IMG/VR virus record: IMGVR_UViG_3300020442_001526 | Span: 1-62,449 of that record | Source of the DNA: a virus | Lineage: Duplodnaviria > Caudoviricetes | Length of the DNA: 62,449 nucleotides | Reading direction: 5' to 3' (one strand) | Shown: positions 1 through 9,599 of the stretch, piece after piece | How positions within the stretch are numbered: the stretch's first letter is position 1 | Layout of the letters: each line of letters opens with the position of its first letter | Position numbers and translations under genes: made by a program | Notes under the pieces: generated by a model | Database searches by the model: none | Told to the model about the DNA's origin: nothing | What the model saw: only the letters and a program-made list of their open reading frames with translations

Positions 1-2
1 AA

Positions 3-92
3 AAAGCAGAAGGTTATCTTGCCCACAAGTGGGGGTTGGAGAGTAATTTACCTAACAGTCACCCATATAAGAGTTCACCACCTACCTCATAA
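3..92 (+). CDS. 3' end of a truncated gene, LamG/concanavalin-like domain C-terminus (probable virion protein)
   Basis: Manual translation KAEGYLAHKWGLESNLPNSHPYKSSPPTS*; the EGYLAHKWGL..LP..HPYK tail is typical of LamG-like domain ends. Confidence 0.6.
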   Translation, partial: KAEGYLAHKWGLESNLPNSHPYKSSPPTS

Positions 93-124
93 ATATAATA
101 AATAAAGTAGGAGAATATAAAGTA

Positions 125-382
125 ATGCATTGGTTATTCATATTAACACTTAAAAGCATACTGTCTAGTATAATTGGCAGTAGTTTTTATCAATGGTTTA
201 AAAATACCAAAGTTGGTGTATGGTTTCAAAAACACTTAGACAATCTTATGGCATGGGTAGCCAAAAGATATGATATTGAGATACTTTCCAGAGAAGAGAA
301 ATGGTTACAGCAGTACCCATTACTTGCACAAAGAATTGTAGAACTTGAAAAAGAAGTTGCAAAACTTAAAAAATCCAAATAA
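125..382 (+). CDS. hypothetical protein with N-terminal hydrophobic segment and C-terminal coiled coil
   Basis: 85-aa ORF with AGGAG upstream; no recognisable family. Confidence 0.7.
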   Translation: MHWLFILTLKSILSSIIGSSFYQWFKNTKVGVWFQKHLDNLMAWVAKRYDIEILSREEKWLQQYPLLAQRIVELEKEVAKLKKSK

Positions 383-459
383 AGTTCAATTAAAACTATT
401 TTTAACTAAATACAAACATCAAAACAACACTGATGTATGTGTTGTCACACCGAGGGGTA

Positions 460-618
460 ATGGCTAGAGCGGCAAGAAAAGTATCAACAATAACACCTAC
501 AAGGAAGGCAAGTTCCATAGGACAAGGTGGTCGTGGTAGAAGAACAAAAGTATCCACGTCAACAATGAACAAGCACAAACGTCGTTCCCACAAAAGATAC
601 AGAGGACAAGGGAGATAG
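460..618 (+). CDS. small basic protein ending KRYRGQGR (type common in T4-like phages)
   Basis: Start moved to ATG 460 after GAGGGG; very Arg/Lys-rich. Confidence 0.7.
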   Translation: MARAARKVSTITPTRKASSIGQGGRGRRTKVSTSTMNKHKRRSHKRYRGQGR

Positions 619-620
619 TT

Positions 621-848
621 ATGCCAGTTAAATTTGGACCATCAGTAAAAAAATATGCTAAAGGTAGCCGTACTAAATGGCATTGGGAACACGATTACAT
701 CAAAGCAAAATCCAAAGAATTTCTATTCGAATACATCAACAAAGAAGGTGCAAAACCTAAAACTAGAATAAAATGCATAAAAGAGTTAGAACGAAGAGGC
801 ATTAATATTCAGTGGACACCTAAGTCTGAAACACAAGAAAACGAGTAA
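621..848 (+). CDS. hypothetical basic protein
   Basis: 75-aa ORF, GGAG RBS, packed behind previous gene. Confidence 0.7.
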   Translation: MPVKFGPSVKKYAKGSRTKWHWEHDYIKAKSKEFLFEYINKEGAKPKTRIKCIKELERRGINIQWTPKSETQENE

Positions 849-861
849 ATCTGCTAAAAGT

Positions 862-869
862 GATAAATA
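862..869 (+). promoter_or_regulatory. T4-like late promoter GATAAATA, ATG 6 nt downstream
   Basis: Matches recurrent intergenic ATAAATA motif. Confidence 0.7.
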
Positions 870-875
870 GTTTAC

Positions 876-2588
876 ATGAAACTATTCGATTTTACAGCAG
901 ATAAAAACAAACTCTCATCACAAATCACAGAAAGCATTTCTGTAAACGAAGAAGAGTCTGTAAATGAATCACTTCAAGCATTAGCAAAACATGTAAAAGA
1001 AGGTACTGCACTATGTGATAGTCCTTTTAGACATGGCAGTAAAGCATACATCGAAACATTCCAACTAGCAAAAAAATTACGTGAAGCAGGATCTTTACCC
1101 GAACTTGATTGGGAAAGTGAAGAAATGCTTGCCACAGACATAGGTGAACAAGTAACACTTAAAGGTGGTGAAAAAGTTTGGCTAGATATTCCATACTTAA
1201 TTGAAGATGAAGACAATGGTATGATTGGTGAGCCTGATGATTACTATGATGCTGAAGAAAGACAAGAAGCATACGATGATTTACAAGATGCATTACAAGG
1301 CAACTACATGGACGACTATATCAAAGATGGTGTATGTCCAGCCTGTGGTGGAAATGGGTACATGGACGGTGAAGAAGAAATGTACAACGATGAAACAGAT
1401 GAATACGAAGAAGGCTTGGAATGTGATGGCTTTGGTAGATATGGTTGTGATGAAGGTGAGATGACTGGAGCAAGTTGGGTAGATATTGTTCAACATGATG
1501 AACGTAAAGCAGATAGACAAAAATCCAAAGACGAATATCCAGGTGACGAAGAAGTAATTAAACAAGTTGCTAGTTATATGAAGAGAATGGACGATCCTAG
1601 ACTAGCATATCAACAAATGCAGGCAGACTTCCCACACATGGGTAGAGGACAAAGAAGTGAAATACTAGGCAAAGCATCTAAATTAGCATTTGGAGAAAAT
1701 ATTAACGAAGGTGAAGAAAGAAGTATTATCCAAAGTGCATGTATTGAAAAATTAGTAGATGAGTTTGCTGGAGAAGAAAGACAATTTGAAAACAAAGATG
1801 ATATGGAATATGCCATATACCAAGAATTAGAAAGATTAGATGTAGCCGATTGTGTAGATCCAGACATGGAAGTAGGTGGACAACCAATTGGAAACTTTGC
1901 AAGTGGTAGAGTAATAGATGTTGTTAATAGTGGTGATGTAATATATGATGTAATGCAAAACATGGATCACTCACAATTCAATGAAGGTCTGTTGGATATG
2001 GATTGGAAATCAGCACGTGAACTAGATGATTTGCCTATGATAAAATCATATAACACACCAGAAGAAAATGCAGTAGGAAAAATACTTGGTAGAGCATTAA
2101 TGAAAAAGGATTGGTCAAAATATTCACCACAAGAATTATTTTCAGAATTAGAAAGTGAGAATCCAGAGTTAGCAGACGACATTGCCAAAATTGCTAAAAT
2201 TGTTTACAAAGTAGAATTAGAAGAAGGCAAATCCCCACACAAAAAAGGCACAAAGAAATATAAAAAACACATGGCGGCTATGCATGCCGGTGAAAGTGTT
2301 ACCAACGAAGCAGAATACAATGGCAAGAAAGTAAAACTTAACAAGCCAATGAGAAGTTCCGGTGGTGGTAAAAAATATAAAGTTTATGTTAAAAATCCTA
2401 AAACAGGCAGAGTTAAGAAAATTAGTTTTGGTGATGCAGGATTAAAAACAAAGTCAGGAAACAAAAAGAGAGCAAAATCATTTGCGGCTAGACACAACTG
2501 TGAAAAGAAAAATGATAAAATGAAAGCAGGATATTGGGCATGTAGGCTTCCACGTTATGGTCTAGTAAAAGGTGGAAAGTGGTGGTAG
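876..2588 (+). CDS. modular putative internal head protein with CxxCxGxG Zn finger and C-terminal DUF6321-like basic domain
   Basis: Acidic modules, CPACGGNG...CDG, C-terminal KKYKVYVKNPKTG..SFAARHNC..AGYWAC; late promoter. Confidence 0.6.
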   Translation: MKLFDFTADKNKLSSQITESISVNEEESVNESLQALAKHVKEGTALCDSPFRHGSKAYIETFQLAKKLREAGSLPELDWESEEMLATDIGEQVTLKGGEKVWLDIPYLIEDEDNGMIGEPDDYYDAEERQEAYDDLQDALQGNYMDDYIKDGVCPACGGNGYMDGEEEMYNDETDEYEEGLECDGFGRYGCDEGEMTGASWVDIVQHDERKADRQKSKDEYPGDEEVIKQVASYMKRMDDPRLAYQQMQADFPHMGRGQRSEILGKASKLAFGENINEGEERSIIQSACIEKLVDEFAGEERQFENKDDMEYAIYQELERLDVADCVDPDMEVGGQPIGNFASGRVIDVVNSGDVIYDVMQNMDHSQFNEGLLDMDWKSARELDDLPMIKSYNTPEENAVGKILGRALMKKDWSKYSPQELFSELESENPELADDIAKIAKIVYKVELEEGKSPHKKGTKKYKKHMAAMHAGESVTNEAEYNGKKVKLNKPMRSSGGGKKYKVYVKNPKTGRVKKISFGDAGLKTKSGNKKRAKSFAARHNCEKKNDKMKAGYWACRLPRYGLVKGGKWW

Positions 2589-2591
2589 GCT

Positions 2592-2861
2592 ATGTCGAAA
2601 CCTTACGCACAAACTCACATAGCAGAAAACATATTTGAAAGAGTATTTGATTTATCAGTAGACAATGAAGAACTTGTCTGGCACAGAGATAAAAAAACAA
2701 GATTTGTTAAAGTTATAGAAGGCGTAGGTTGGAAATTCCAATTTGATAATCAACTACCAAAAGAAATAGGCCCCGGGTCCACTATACATATCAATAAAAG
2801 ATGTTATCATAGATTACTAAAAGGCTCAACTCCATTAAAAGTAAGAATAGTAGAATTATGA
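2592..2861 (+). CDS. small cupin-like protein
   Basis: WHRD...VIEG.GWKFQFD...YHRL pattern. Confidence 0.5.
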   Translation: MSKPYAQTHIAENIFERVFDLSVDNEELVWHRDKKTRFVKVIEGVGWKFQFDNQLPKEIGPGSTIHINKRCYHRLLKGSTPLKVRIVEL

Positions 2862-4639
2862 AAAAAGTCGTAATATATCCAGGCAGATTCCAACCGATGT
2901 TACCACATCATGCCGAAGTATATAAAAAACTTCAAGCAACATTCTCAGACGCAGAAATTTATGTAGCAACATCAGATAAAGTTGACGGCACAAAAAGTCC
3001 ATTCAATTTCAAAGAAAAAGCAGAAATTATGGCACAGTTGCATGACATTCCAATGGATAAAATAATCAAAGCACCGCAACCTTATTTAATAGATTCATAC
3101 ACTAAAAACTTTAATCAAGAAGACACAATGGTTATATTTGCTGTTGGTGAAAAAGATACTGACCGTTTTCCTATGAAAAATGTAGATCCTGAAACAGGAT
3201 TAGACATGAGAGTACGAGGAGAACCAGGTCCAAAGTACTATCAGATGATAAATACATTAAAGCAACATCCAGCACTTCCAATGAGTGAAAGGGGTTACAT
3301 TTACGTTGCTCCTAATGTTGGAACAAACGGTGAAGTTGCAAGTGCAAGTGCTTTTAGAAAAGCATTCACAAGTGTTGGAAGTGAGCAAGAGCAAAGAGAA
3401 ATTTTCAATCAGTATTTTGGAAGTTTTAATGAAACTATATTTGCATTGTTCACAAATAAATTATTAGGTGATAAAATGAAAGAAGATTTAGATATACTAA
3501 AAAAATTAGCAGGTTTATCAGAAGCACCCATCAATTTTGGTGATGTAGATACCGGAATGAAAGATGACGATGACGATGATTATGTAACAAGTCCTGGATT
3601 TAGCCAAGACAACATGATAAATCAGTTAGGTAAAATTATTGATAGTGAAGATGCAGGTAAAGATGCAGAAGCAATGAAAATCAAAAAGTTTACTCCAGTA
3701 ACAAGTGTTACAACTGATGATGGAAAAACAGTTGATATTAGTCCTGCACAAGCAAAAGCATTAAAAAGCATGTTTGAAATGCTACCAAGTCAAAGAGGTG
3801 GCGAAGAAAAATCACCTAGAGAAAAGTTTCAAGATGCTATCCAACAAGAAGAAGGCTTAATGCAGATGTTAGACTTTGCTAAGAAAAAAGGCATGGTCAA
3901 AGAAGAACAACAAGATTTAGAGCAACTTGACTTATCTGATATTAGAGCAGACTATGGTATTGAAGAAAATTGGGCTAAAGATATCATTCAAGATGCTATA
4001 GAAATGAGCCCAGAAGAATTTAAAAAAACTTATGGTGATTCGTATGACCAAGATGAATTAAGAAAACAGTACGATGATTCACATCCAGAGTATGAAGAAC
4101 CAAGAGAGCCTGCAGAAGAAAGTGCTCCTTTTGGTGAACCTAGCAGAGAAGATATGATGTATAATCATTTAATATCTGCATACGAAAAAGGTGAAGGTGA
4201 CTTAGCAGAAGTTATGGGCATGAGCATAGAAGAACTTGACCAAGAGATGAGTGAATATGCTAGAGATCATAACTTACACATGGACGACGATAGAGATGAA
4301 GTTGTTCAAGGTTACATAGAAGATGTAGTCAACAATGCAGACTATAAAGACCATGGCGAATACGAAGGGGAAGAAATGGACGATTTAAATAGATTAAGAG
4401 AACTTGCAGGTATGGAAGAAGCAAGTCCAAGTGCGGCGGCTACTAAGGCGGCAAGAGGCACAGGTCAATCAGCGGCACAAATTTCCAAAGGCATTGACAT
4501 GATAGGTAAAAGAGGTGATAGAGCATCACAAGGTGCAAGTGAAATGGCAAGAAATATGGAGATGCTTTTAAATTCACCATTTGGACCTAGAGTAATGTCT
4601 ATGATTGACAAGTTAAAAGCAGAACAAGGTGTTCAGTAG
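2858..4639 (+). CDS. HIGH-family (cytidylyltransferase-like) nucleotidyltransferase fused to acidic virion-type modules
   Basis: N-terminal IYPGRFQP, SPFNF.EK, FAVGEKD, SASAFR motifs; LKKLAGL and LRELAGM repeats. Confidence 0.7.
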   Translation: MKKVVIYPGRFQPMLPHHAEVYKKLQATFSDAEIYVATSDKVDGTKSPFNFKEKAEIMAQLHDIPMDKIIKAPQPYLIDSYTKNFNQEDTMVIFAVGEKDTDRFPMKNVDPETGLDMRVRGEPGPKYYQMINTLKQHPALPMSERGYIYVAPNVGTNGEVASASAFRKAFTSVGSEQEQREIFNQYFGSFNETIFALFTNKLLGDKMKEDLDILKKLAGLSEAPINFGDVDTGMKDDDDDDYVTSPGFSQDNMINQLGKIIDSEDAGKDAEAMKIKKFTPVTSVTTDDGKTVDISPAQAKALKSMFEMLPSQRGGEEKSPREKFQDAIQQEEGLMQMLDFAKKKGMVKEEQQDLEQLDLSDIRADYGIEENWAKDIIQDAIEMSPEEFKKTYGDSYDQDELRKQYDDSHPEYEEPREPAEESAPFGEPSREDMMYNHLISAYEKGEGDLAEVMGMSIEELDQEMSEYARDHNLHMDDDRDEVVQGYIEDVVNNADYKDHGEYEGEEMDDLNRLRELAGMEEASPSAAATKAARGTGQSAAQISKGIDMIGKRGDRASQGASEMARNMEMLLNSPFGPRVMSMIDKLKAEQGVQ

Positions 4640-4652
4640 TTAAGGAAATAAT

Positions 4653-5435
4653 ATGCCAAAATCAGATTTAGATAGAGAAATGTTCAAAACAGCAGGCATG
4701 CAACGTGCCGCTAAAAGAGATGCTATGGGAAAAGAATTTGGCATTGGTAATTTTTATGCTTGGTTGATGGACAAGTATCCTAAATTAACACTAGGCCAGG
4801 TAGAACAAAAAATGCCTAGTTTAGAAAGAGAATACAATCAGGAAAAGACTATGAGAAGAGAACGTCCTGATGAAGTACCTACAGTAAGTCCTTTCAGTGA
4901 TGATGAGAAAGAAGTCAAAAAAGCAAAAGGTATTAAAGAACCTGAAACTTTTGAAAACACAAAGGATCCAGAAAGCAAAGGTGATTGTGAACCATGCAAT
5001 GGCACAGGGTACAAAGACGGTGATATGAAGTCACTTAAGGCTTGTCCTAAATGTGATGGTGATGGTGAAAGTCCAGGATTTGGTGGTACTAAAGCATACG
5101 AAGAATTAAACAGAATGAGAAAACTAGCAGGACTTCCTATTATGGAAGATGATACTGTTACTAAAATAGCAATAGGTCATGTTGATGATGAATCAGACAT
5201 GATGAGAAAAGAACTATACAAGATAGGAAAGTATAGTGTAGAATTATACAAAATGTTAGGTGACCTACCTGACGGAGATTTCCCACACTGGTGGCAAGGC
5301 AAAATTGTTAAAGCAGGAGAATACATTGGTTCTGCTAAACATTACCTAGAAGGTGAACTTTATTCACCGGAAGAAGAGAGTCCATTAGACAAGGAACCTG
5401 AAGACAAAGACGATATAAATCCATCAGGAGTCTAA
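4653..5435 (+). CDS. putative virion protein with DnaJ-type CxxCxGxG Zn finger
   Basis: CEPCNGTG...CPKCDGDG; RMRKLAGL motif. Confidence 0.55.
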   Translation: MPKSDLDREMFKTAGMQRAAKRDAMGKEFGIGNFYAWLMDKYPKLTLGQVEQKMPSLEREYNQEKTMRRERPDEVPTVSPFSDDEKEVKKAKGIKEPETFENTKDPESKGDCEPCNGTGYKDGDMKSLKACPKCDGDGESPGFGGTKAYEELNRMRKLAGLPIMEDDTVTKIAIGHVDDESDMMRKELYKIGKYSVELYKMLGDLPDGDFPHWWQGKIVKAGEYIGSAKHYLEGELYSPEEESPLDKEPEDKDDINPSGV

Positions 5436-5436
5436 A

Positions 5437-6096
5437 ATGCAATTAGACTGGGTAGTCGATTATTCCCAAAATAAACTTACATTAGAGTTAGACAATGTTG
5501 TCTATCAAACTTTTGACGGTGGGCAAAACATTGACAAATATATTGACACTGAATTTGCGTATCGTATTAGACAGTATCCAGATAAACCACACAATTGGAC
5601 ACATGGTAATCAAAAAGGAAATCCCCCTAAAGCAGATTTAGATGAATGGGGAGATGAACTAGACTGGATCTTAGAAAATTTTCCGAGAGTTGGTCAAAAA
5701 CATTTGGTTACAACTTATCGAGAAAGAGACGGTTTTATAGTAGACGATGGAAAAGTTCGAGGCTGTGGTGTAAATAATTTAACAGATTTAATAGCAGTAA
5801 ATAGATTAGGACAACCTGCAAGTGTACAAGAAAAGTGGGATTGGGACGAAATTGCTACCACAGACTGTTACGAAGATATTTCTAGTAAAATGCATGACAT
5901 TGATCCAAATATTAATAAAGCAACTGAAGGCCTAAGTTGGTACAGAAATAAAAAAACTGGTGTAATAGAAAGGGCAGGTACATCGCAGAACTGTCCGTGT
6001 CATGTTTTTCCAAACATCTATCCTCCTGTAGAAATACACCCAGATGAACTCACAGAAGATATAACCAGATATGGTGGGCATTACATCTTACCATAA
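5437..6096 (+). CDS. hypothetical protein
   Basis: 219-aa ORF abutting upstream stop. Confidence 0.7.
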   Translation: MQLDWVVDYSQNKLTLELDNVVYQTFDGGQNIDKYIDTEFAYRIRQYPDKPHNWTHGNQKGNPPKADLDEWGDELDWILENFPRVGQKHLVTTYRERDGFIVDDGKVRGCGVNNLTDLIAVNRLGQPASVQEKWDWDEIATTDCYEDISSKMHDIDPNINKATEGLSWYRNKKTGVIERAGTSQNCPCHVFPNIYPPVEIHPDELTEDITRYGGHYILP

Positions 6097-6127
6097 ATAA
6101 ATACTGTTATAATTATAAGGAGCAATT

Positions 6128-6877
6128 ATGACAGTAGAAGCATATATACCTAAGCACAAATATATAGCAACAACGTTGCAATCTTCAAATATAGATATTG
6201 ACTTATCCACAGCAAAAGTTTTAGAACTATGGGGTAATGCTGGAACACTTTTAAAAGATCCAGAAAATGAAGTTGCTGAGGAAAACTATGCTGTATTTGA
6301 TTATGATTTAGAAGCCATTGAAGCAGGCATAGAAGAATTTCCTAATGCAGATTTCCGTAGATGGAATCATCATAATCAAATGAATAATCCAACTGGTGTC
6401 ATTGATGAACCTTTGCCGTTTGTATCAGATGATAAATTTGATTTAATCATTATGTATATGAAAAGTGCAAACGTTGATCCTGAAATTTTAGAGAATCTTT
6501 TAAAAGATTGCTACGAGCATCTTAATCCAGGCGGTACTATTATGTTTGGTTTGTTTATCAGAGAAGTGTCTTTAAATTATTTTGTAGTAAGAAGAACACA
6601 TGAGTATGGTATGCTTGACGAAGGATTAATCGAAACTACAGAAACTGCTGACCATTTCTGTCTAATCAATAACGATGACATTAGACCACACATAAAACGT
6701 GTACCAACAGAAGGTGATGACGGAGTTAGAGAAGCAACTCACTATACTTGGTTTTGGAATTCAGATTACGTTGGAGAATATTTAAAAGAATTATTCCCTA
6801 ATGATAAAATTGGTACAAGACGTTTACCGCCTATGTGGAGCATACATTCTCCGTTTACTATACAGAAAACTTCCTAA
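6128..6877 (+). CDS. class I SAM methyltransferase-like protein (degenerate motif I), paralog of 11331-12080
   Basis: KVLELWGNAG, DKFDLI, LNPGG; AGGAG RBS; ATAAATA at 6093. Confidence 0.6.
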   Translation: MTVEAYIPKHKYIATTLQSSNIDIDLSTAKVLELWGNAGTLLKDPENEVAEENYAVFDYDLEAIEAGIEEFPNADFRRWNHHNQMNNPTGVIDEPLPFVSDDKFDLIIMYMKSANVDPEILENLLKDCYEHLNPGGTIMFGLFIREVSLNYFVVRRTHEYGMLDEGLIETTETADHFCLINNDDIRPHIKRVPTEGDDGVREATHYTWFWNSDYVGEYLKELFPNDKIGTRRLPPMWSIHSPFTIQKTS

Positions 6878-7553
6878 CAGATTCGGAACTTAAACTAGCA
6901 ATTAAATGTATTCTTTCTTGGTTACTGTAATTAGTAGCACAATGCATCATGCTTGTATTTAAAAGATAAGAATTACCAGATTTAAAATTTGCTACTTGTA
7001 AATTAATTTCTTCGCCTTCATCACTTGGTGTACCAAAATTATTAGGCCAATTAACTAAAAAACATCTATTGTTAGTAGTAATAGGGAAATGCAATCGCCA
7101 GTCCATTACTGCACCTCCGCCTTGAAGTGTATACATCAAAGGACTACCATCTACATGAATACTCAATGTTGTTCTAGGTGGTAATATACTCAATCTCCAT
7201 CTATAAACATCAGAATATTTTGATATAAGTTCTTCTATGTATGTGCCTTTAATTTGATTTATAGGATGTACATATAATTTTTCATTAAGCATTTCATTGC
7301 TTTCACGAGTAATTTGAGTATTTAAATTTATTGAATTATCGCTTTGTGTTTTATTAATAAAAGTTTTACCTGCAATGCCGTCTGTCCAATCATCACTGTT
7401 TTCTTCTGATACAGTTAAACTTATATTTCTATTTGCTAGATATTCATATTCATTGTTTATTGCATCTTTTTTAATAATTTCATAAACATCTAATACATCT
7501 TTTTGCAAAGATTGAAAATCGAAAGATTCATTTAATTTGATAAAAGGTTTCAT
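6858..7553 (-). CDS. 2OG-Fe(II) oxygenase, Asp/Asn beta-hydroxylase-like
   Basis: HVD...RLHFPITTN...H.ATN...RIHL. Confidence 0.7.
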   Translation of the reverse strand: MKPFIKLNESFDFQSLQKDVLDVYEIIKKDAINNEYEYLANRNISLTVSEENSDDWTDGIAGKTFINKTQSDNSINLNTQITRESNEMLNEKLYVHPINQIKGTYIEELISKYSDVYRWRLSILPPRTTLSIHVDGSPLMYTLQGGGAVMDWRLHFPITTNNRCFLVNWPNNFGTPSDEGEEINLQVANFKSGNSYLLNTSMMHCATNYSNQERIHLIASLSSESVRKFSV

Positions 7554-8218
7554 AATTTAAATTCCTTTTTATCTGATAAATGTAATGCGCCGGGTCTAAC
7601 ACAGCCTGTAATAGTTAAACAATACCTGGGCCAGTAACCTACATTACCAGTTGCATGATATATACCTTCGGGCCAACAATGTACATCTCCTATTTTATAT
7701 TGATGTATAACATCATTACCTACAAGAACATAATGGCCCCAATTCCAATCATTTAGTTGTACTAAGTATCTAATAACTTCTGTTTCATCACTTACTTTTG
7801 CAAAGTTTCTTCTATAATTATTATAACTATCCCTGTGCCAAGGAATACACTTACCAGGAGGTTGTTCTAAAAACATTATTTGTGGGTTCCACAAACCAGA
7901 TGCTTGTGCCATTAAATGAAAAAAGTTTGGCAAGTTTCTAGTTTGTCTACCACCAGTATTTTGTGAAGTAAATCCTGCATTAGTCAAATCATTATGATAT
8001 CCTTCCATAATTATTCTTGCTTCTTCATTATATGGCTCACCTTTAAAACTTACTTCGTCGTATTCATCGTCAGGTGTAAATCTACTTACTGCTTCTTGTA
8101 CATGTTTTTCTAATTTGTCATTAACAAATCTTCCAACATAAGTTACGTCAGAATGTTTACTGCTTGGATCATAATGCCAAGGAAAGTTTTCTTTATTCCA
8201 TTCCCAATAACTACTCAT
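7550..8218 (-). CDS. 2OG-Fe(II) oxygenase-like protein
   Basis: QPPG..IPWHRD...HATGN.G..PR. Confidence 0.65.
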   Translation of the reverse strand: MSSYWEWNKENFPWHYDPSSKHSDVTYVGRFVNDKLEKHVQEAVSRFTPDDEYDEVSFKGEPYNEEARIIMEGYHNDLTNAGFTSQNTGGRQTRNLPNFFHLMAQASGLWNPQIMFLEQPPGKCIPWHRDSYNNYRRNFAKVSDETEVIRYLVQLNDWNWGHYVLVGNDVIHQYKIGDVHCWPEGIYHATGNVGYWPRYCLTITGCVRPGALHLSDKKEFKL

Positions 8219-9064
8219 CTATGTATTCCTTACTAATTCTTCTGCCATTTCGCCCCAGAATCTTCCTGCTCTTGGTCCTTTGTTTGCTTTGCCATCTGAT
8301 TCTCCTGGTATTTTTATCCATAAAAAAGCATCACATTTTTCTTCGCCTGTATCACAAGTAGGTGGAGTTCCTAATGCTCTGCCCGGAGGATTACACCAAT
8401 CGTTACCATGTGGCCCATTGCCATTACGACTAGTGTCTATTACAAAGAAGTCATTTGGTCTATGTTCACAAAGTTCTAAACTCCATTTCATACTTTCTGT
8501 ATTAGACCTGTAATTACTTACATTGACTGCAAAACCTCTAACTTTATTGTTAGTAACTTTATTTAGTAATTTACTTGCTTCAACAGGACTAAGCCAATTG
8601 CTGTGTCCTATGTCTATATAAATTAATGCATCACAATTATCTGTTAAAATTTGTAATCCTTCTTTCATTAATGATATACGTGAATCAGCATCTGCATCAG
8701 ACATTTCAACTGTATGTGTCAAACTATCTGGTTCATAAATTAATATAGGTTTGCTTTTGCCTATGCCGTCTGCAAAACTTTTTAAAAAATTTAAATAACT
8801 TTGTCTAGTTTTAGCACCGCCTTTACTGTATTGTCCTATATCCCTGTTAGGCATGTTATATACGACTAATACGGGCAACTGAGGATAGGTTCTACGCAAC
8901 AATCGTTGCAAACTGTAATCAATCTTTTCCATTTCTTTTCCGTTACGTTCGCCGTACCAAAAAGAAACAGGATACTCAAATATCTTACTTGCTAAAGGAA
9001 ATTTTTGCTTGTGGTCTTTTACTCTATCAAAGTCATTGACCCAAAAAGGATAATCAAGACTCAT
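8219..9064 (-). CDS. glycoside hydrolase family 6 (cellulase/endoglucanase-like)
   Basis: YNMPNRD, YEPDSL, YIDIGH, NVSNY, IDTSRNG, WCNPPG, WIKIPGESDG. Confidence 0.9.
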   Translation of the reverse strand: MSLDYPFWVNDFDRVKDHKQKFPLASKIFEYPVSFWYGERNGKEMEKIDYSLQRLLRRTYPQLPVLVVYNMPNRDIGQYSKGGAKTRQSYLNFLKSFADGIGKSKPILIYEPDSLTHTVEMSDADADSRISLMKEGLQILTDNCDALIYIDIGHSNWLSPVEASKLLNKVTNNKVRGFAVNVSNYRSNTESMKWSLELCEHRPNDFFVIDTSRNGNGPHGNDWCNPPGRALGTPPTCDTGEEKCDAFLWIKIPGESDGKANKGPRAGRFWGEMAEELVRNT

Positions 9065-9599
9065 TTTGGATTTTACGCAAGGCTAAATCTGTTTCCAACA
9101 ATCTTAATTGTTTATTTCGTTTTTTCATTGCACGTTGTAATTTCATATCACTTGCATACTCTAAATAAAGTTTTCCTTGCAAATGGTCATACTCGTGCAG
9201 GAAACATCTTGCGTCTATTCCTTCTAACCAATCTTCAACGACTTCTTTGTCAACAGTTTGAAATCTTACTTTTACTTTTTTAGGTCTTGTAACAATAAAA
9301 TATAATAATGGGAAAGTTAAACAACCTTCTTCCATTGCAACTGATTCATCGCTTAATTCTAATATCTCAGGATTGTAAATACCTACATCTTCTCCTGTTG
9401 CAAATGTCATTACAAACATTCTATGATTACTGCCTATTTGGGGAGATGCAAGTCCAATACCAAACCTATCTTTCATAAGTTGTATCATTTGTTTTTCTCT
9501 ATCTTCCCAATCAATATCTTTATCATCAAAAGGATTTACAGTTGCTTCTAAGTGAAGAACTGGAGTTTTTGGTTCTACTAATTTAATATCTACTGACAT
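9054..9599 (-). CDS. def: peptide deformylase
   Basis: GIGLASPQIG, EGCLT, HEYDHLQG. Confidence 0.95.
   Translation of the reverse strand: MSVDIKLVEPKTPVLHLEATVNPFDDKDIDWEDREKQMIQLMKDRFGIGLASPQIGSNHRMFVMTFATGEDVGIYNPEILELSDESVAMEEGCLTFPLLYFIVTRPKKVKVRFQTVDKEVVEDWLEGIDARCFLHEYDHLQGKLYLEYASDMKLQRAMKKRNKQLRLLETDLALRKIQNES

Noticed and set aside
460-618. Ribosomal protein call for the small basic ORF
   Set aside because: Basic composition only; no ribosomal protein signature recognised
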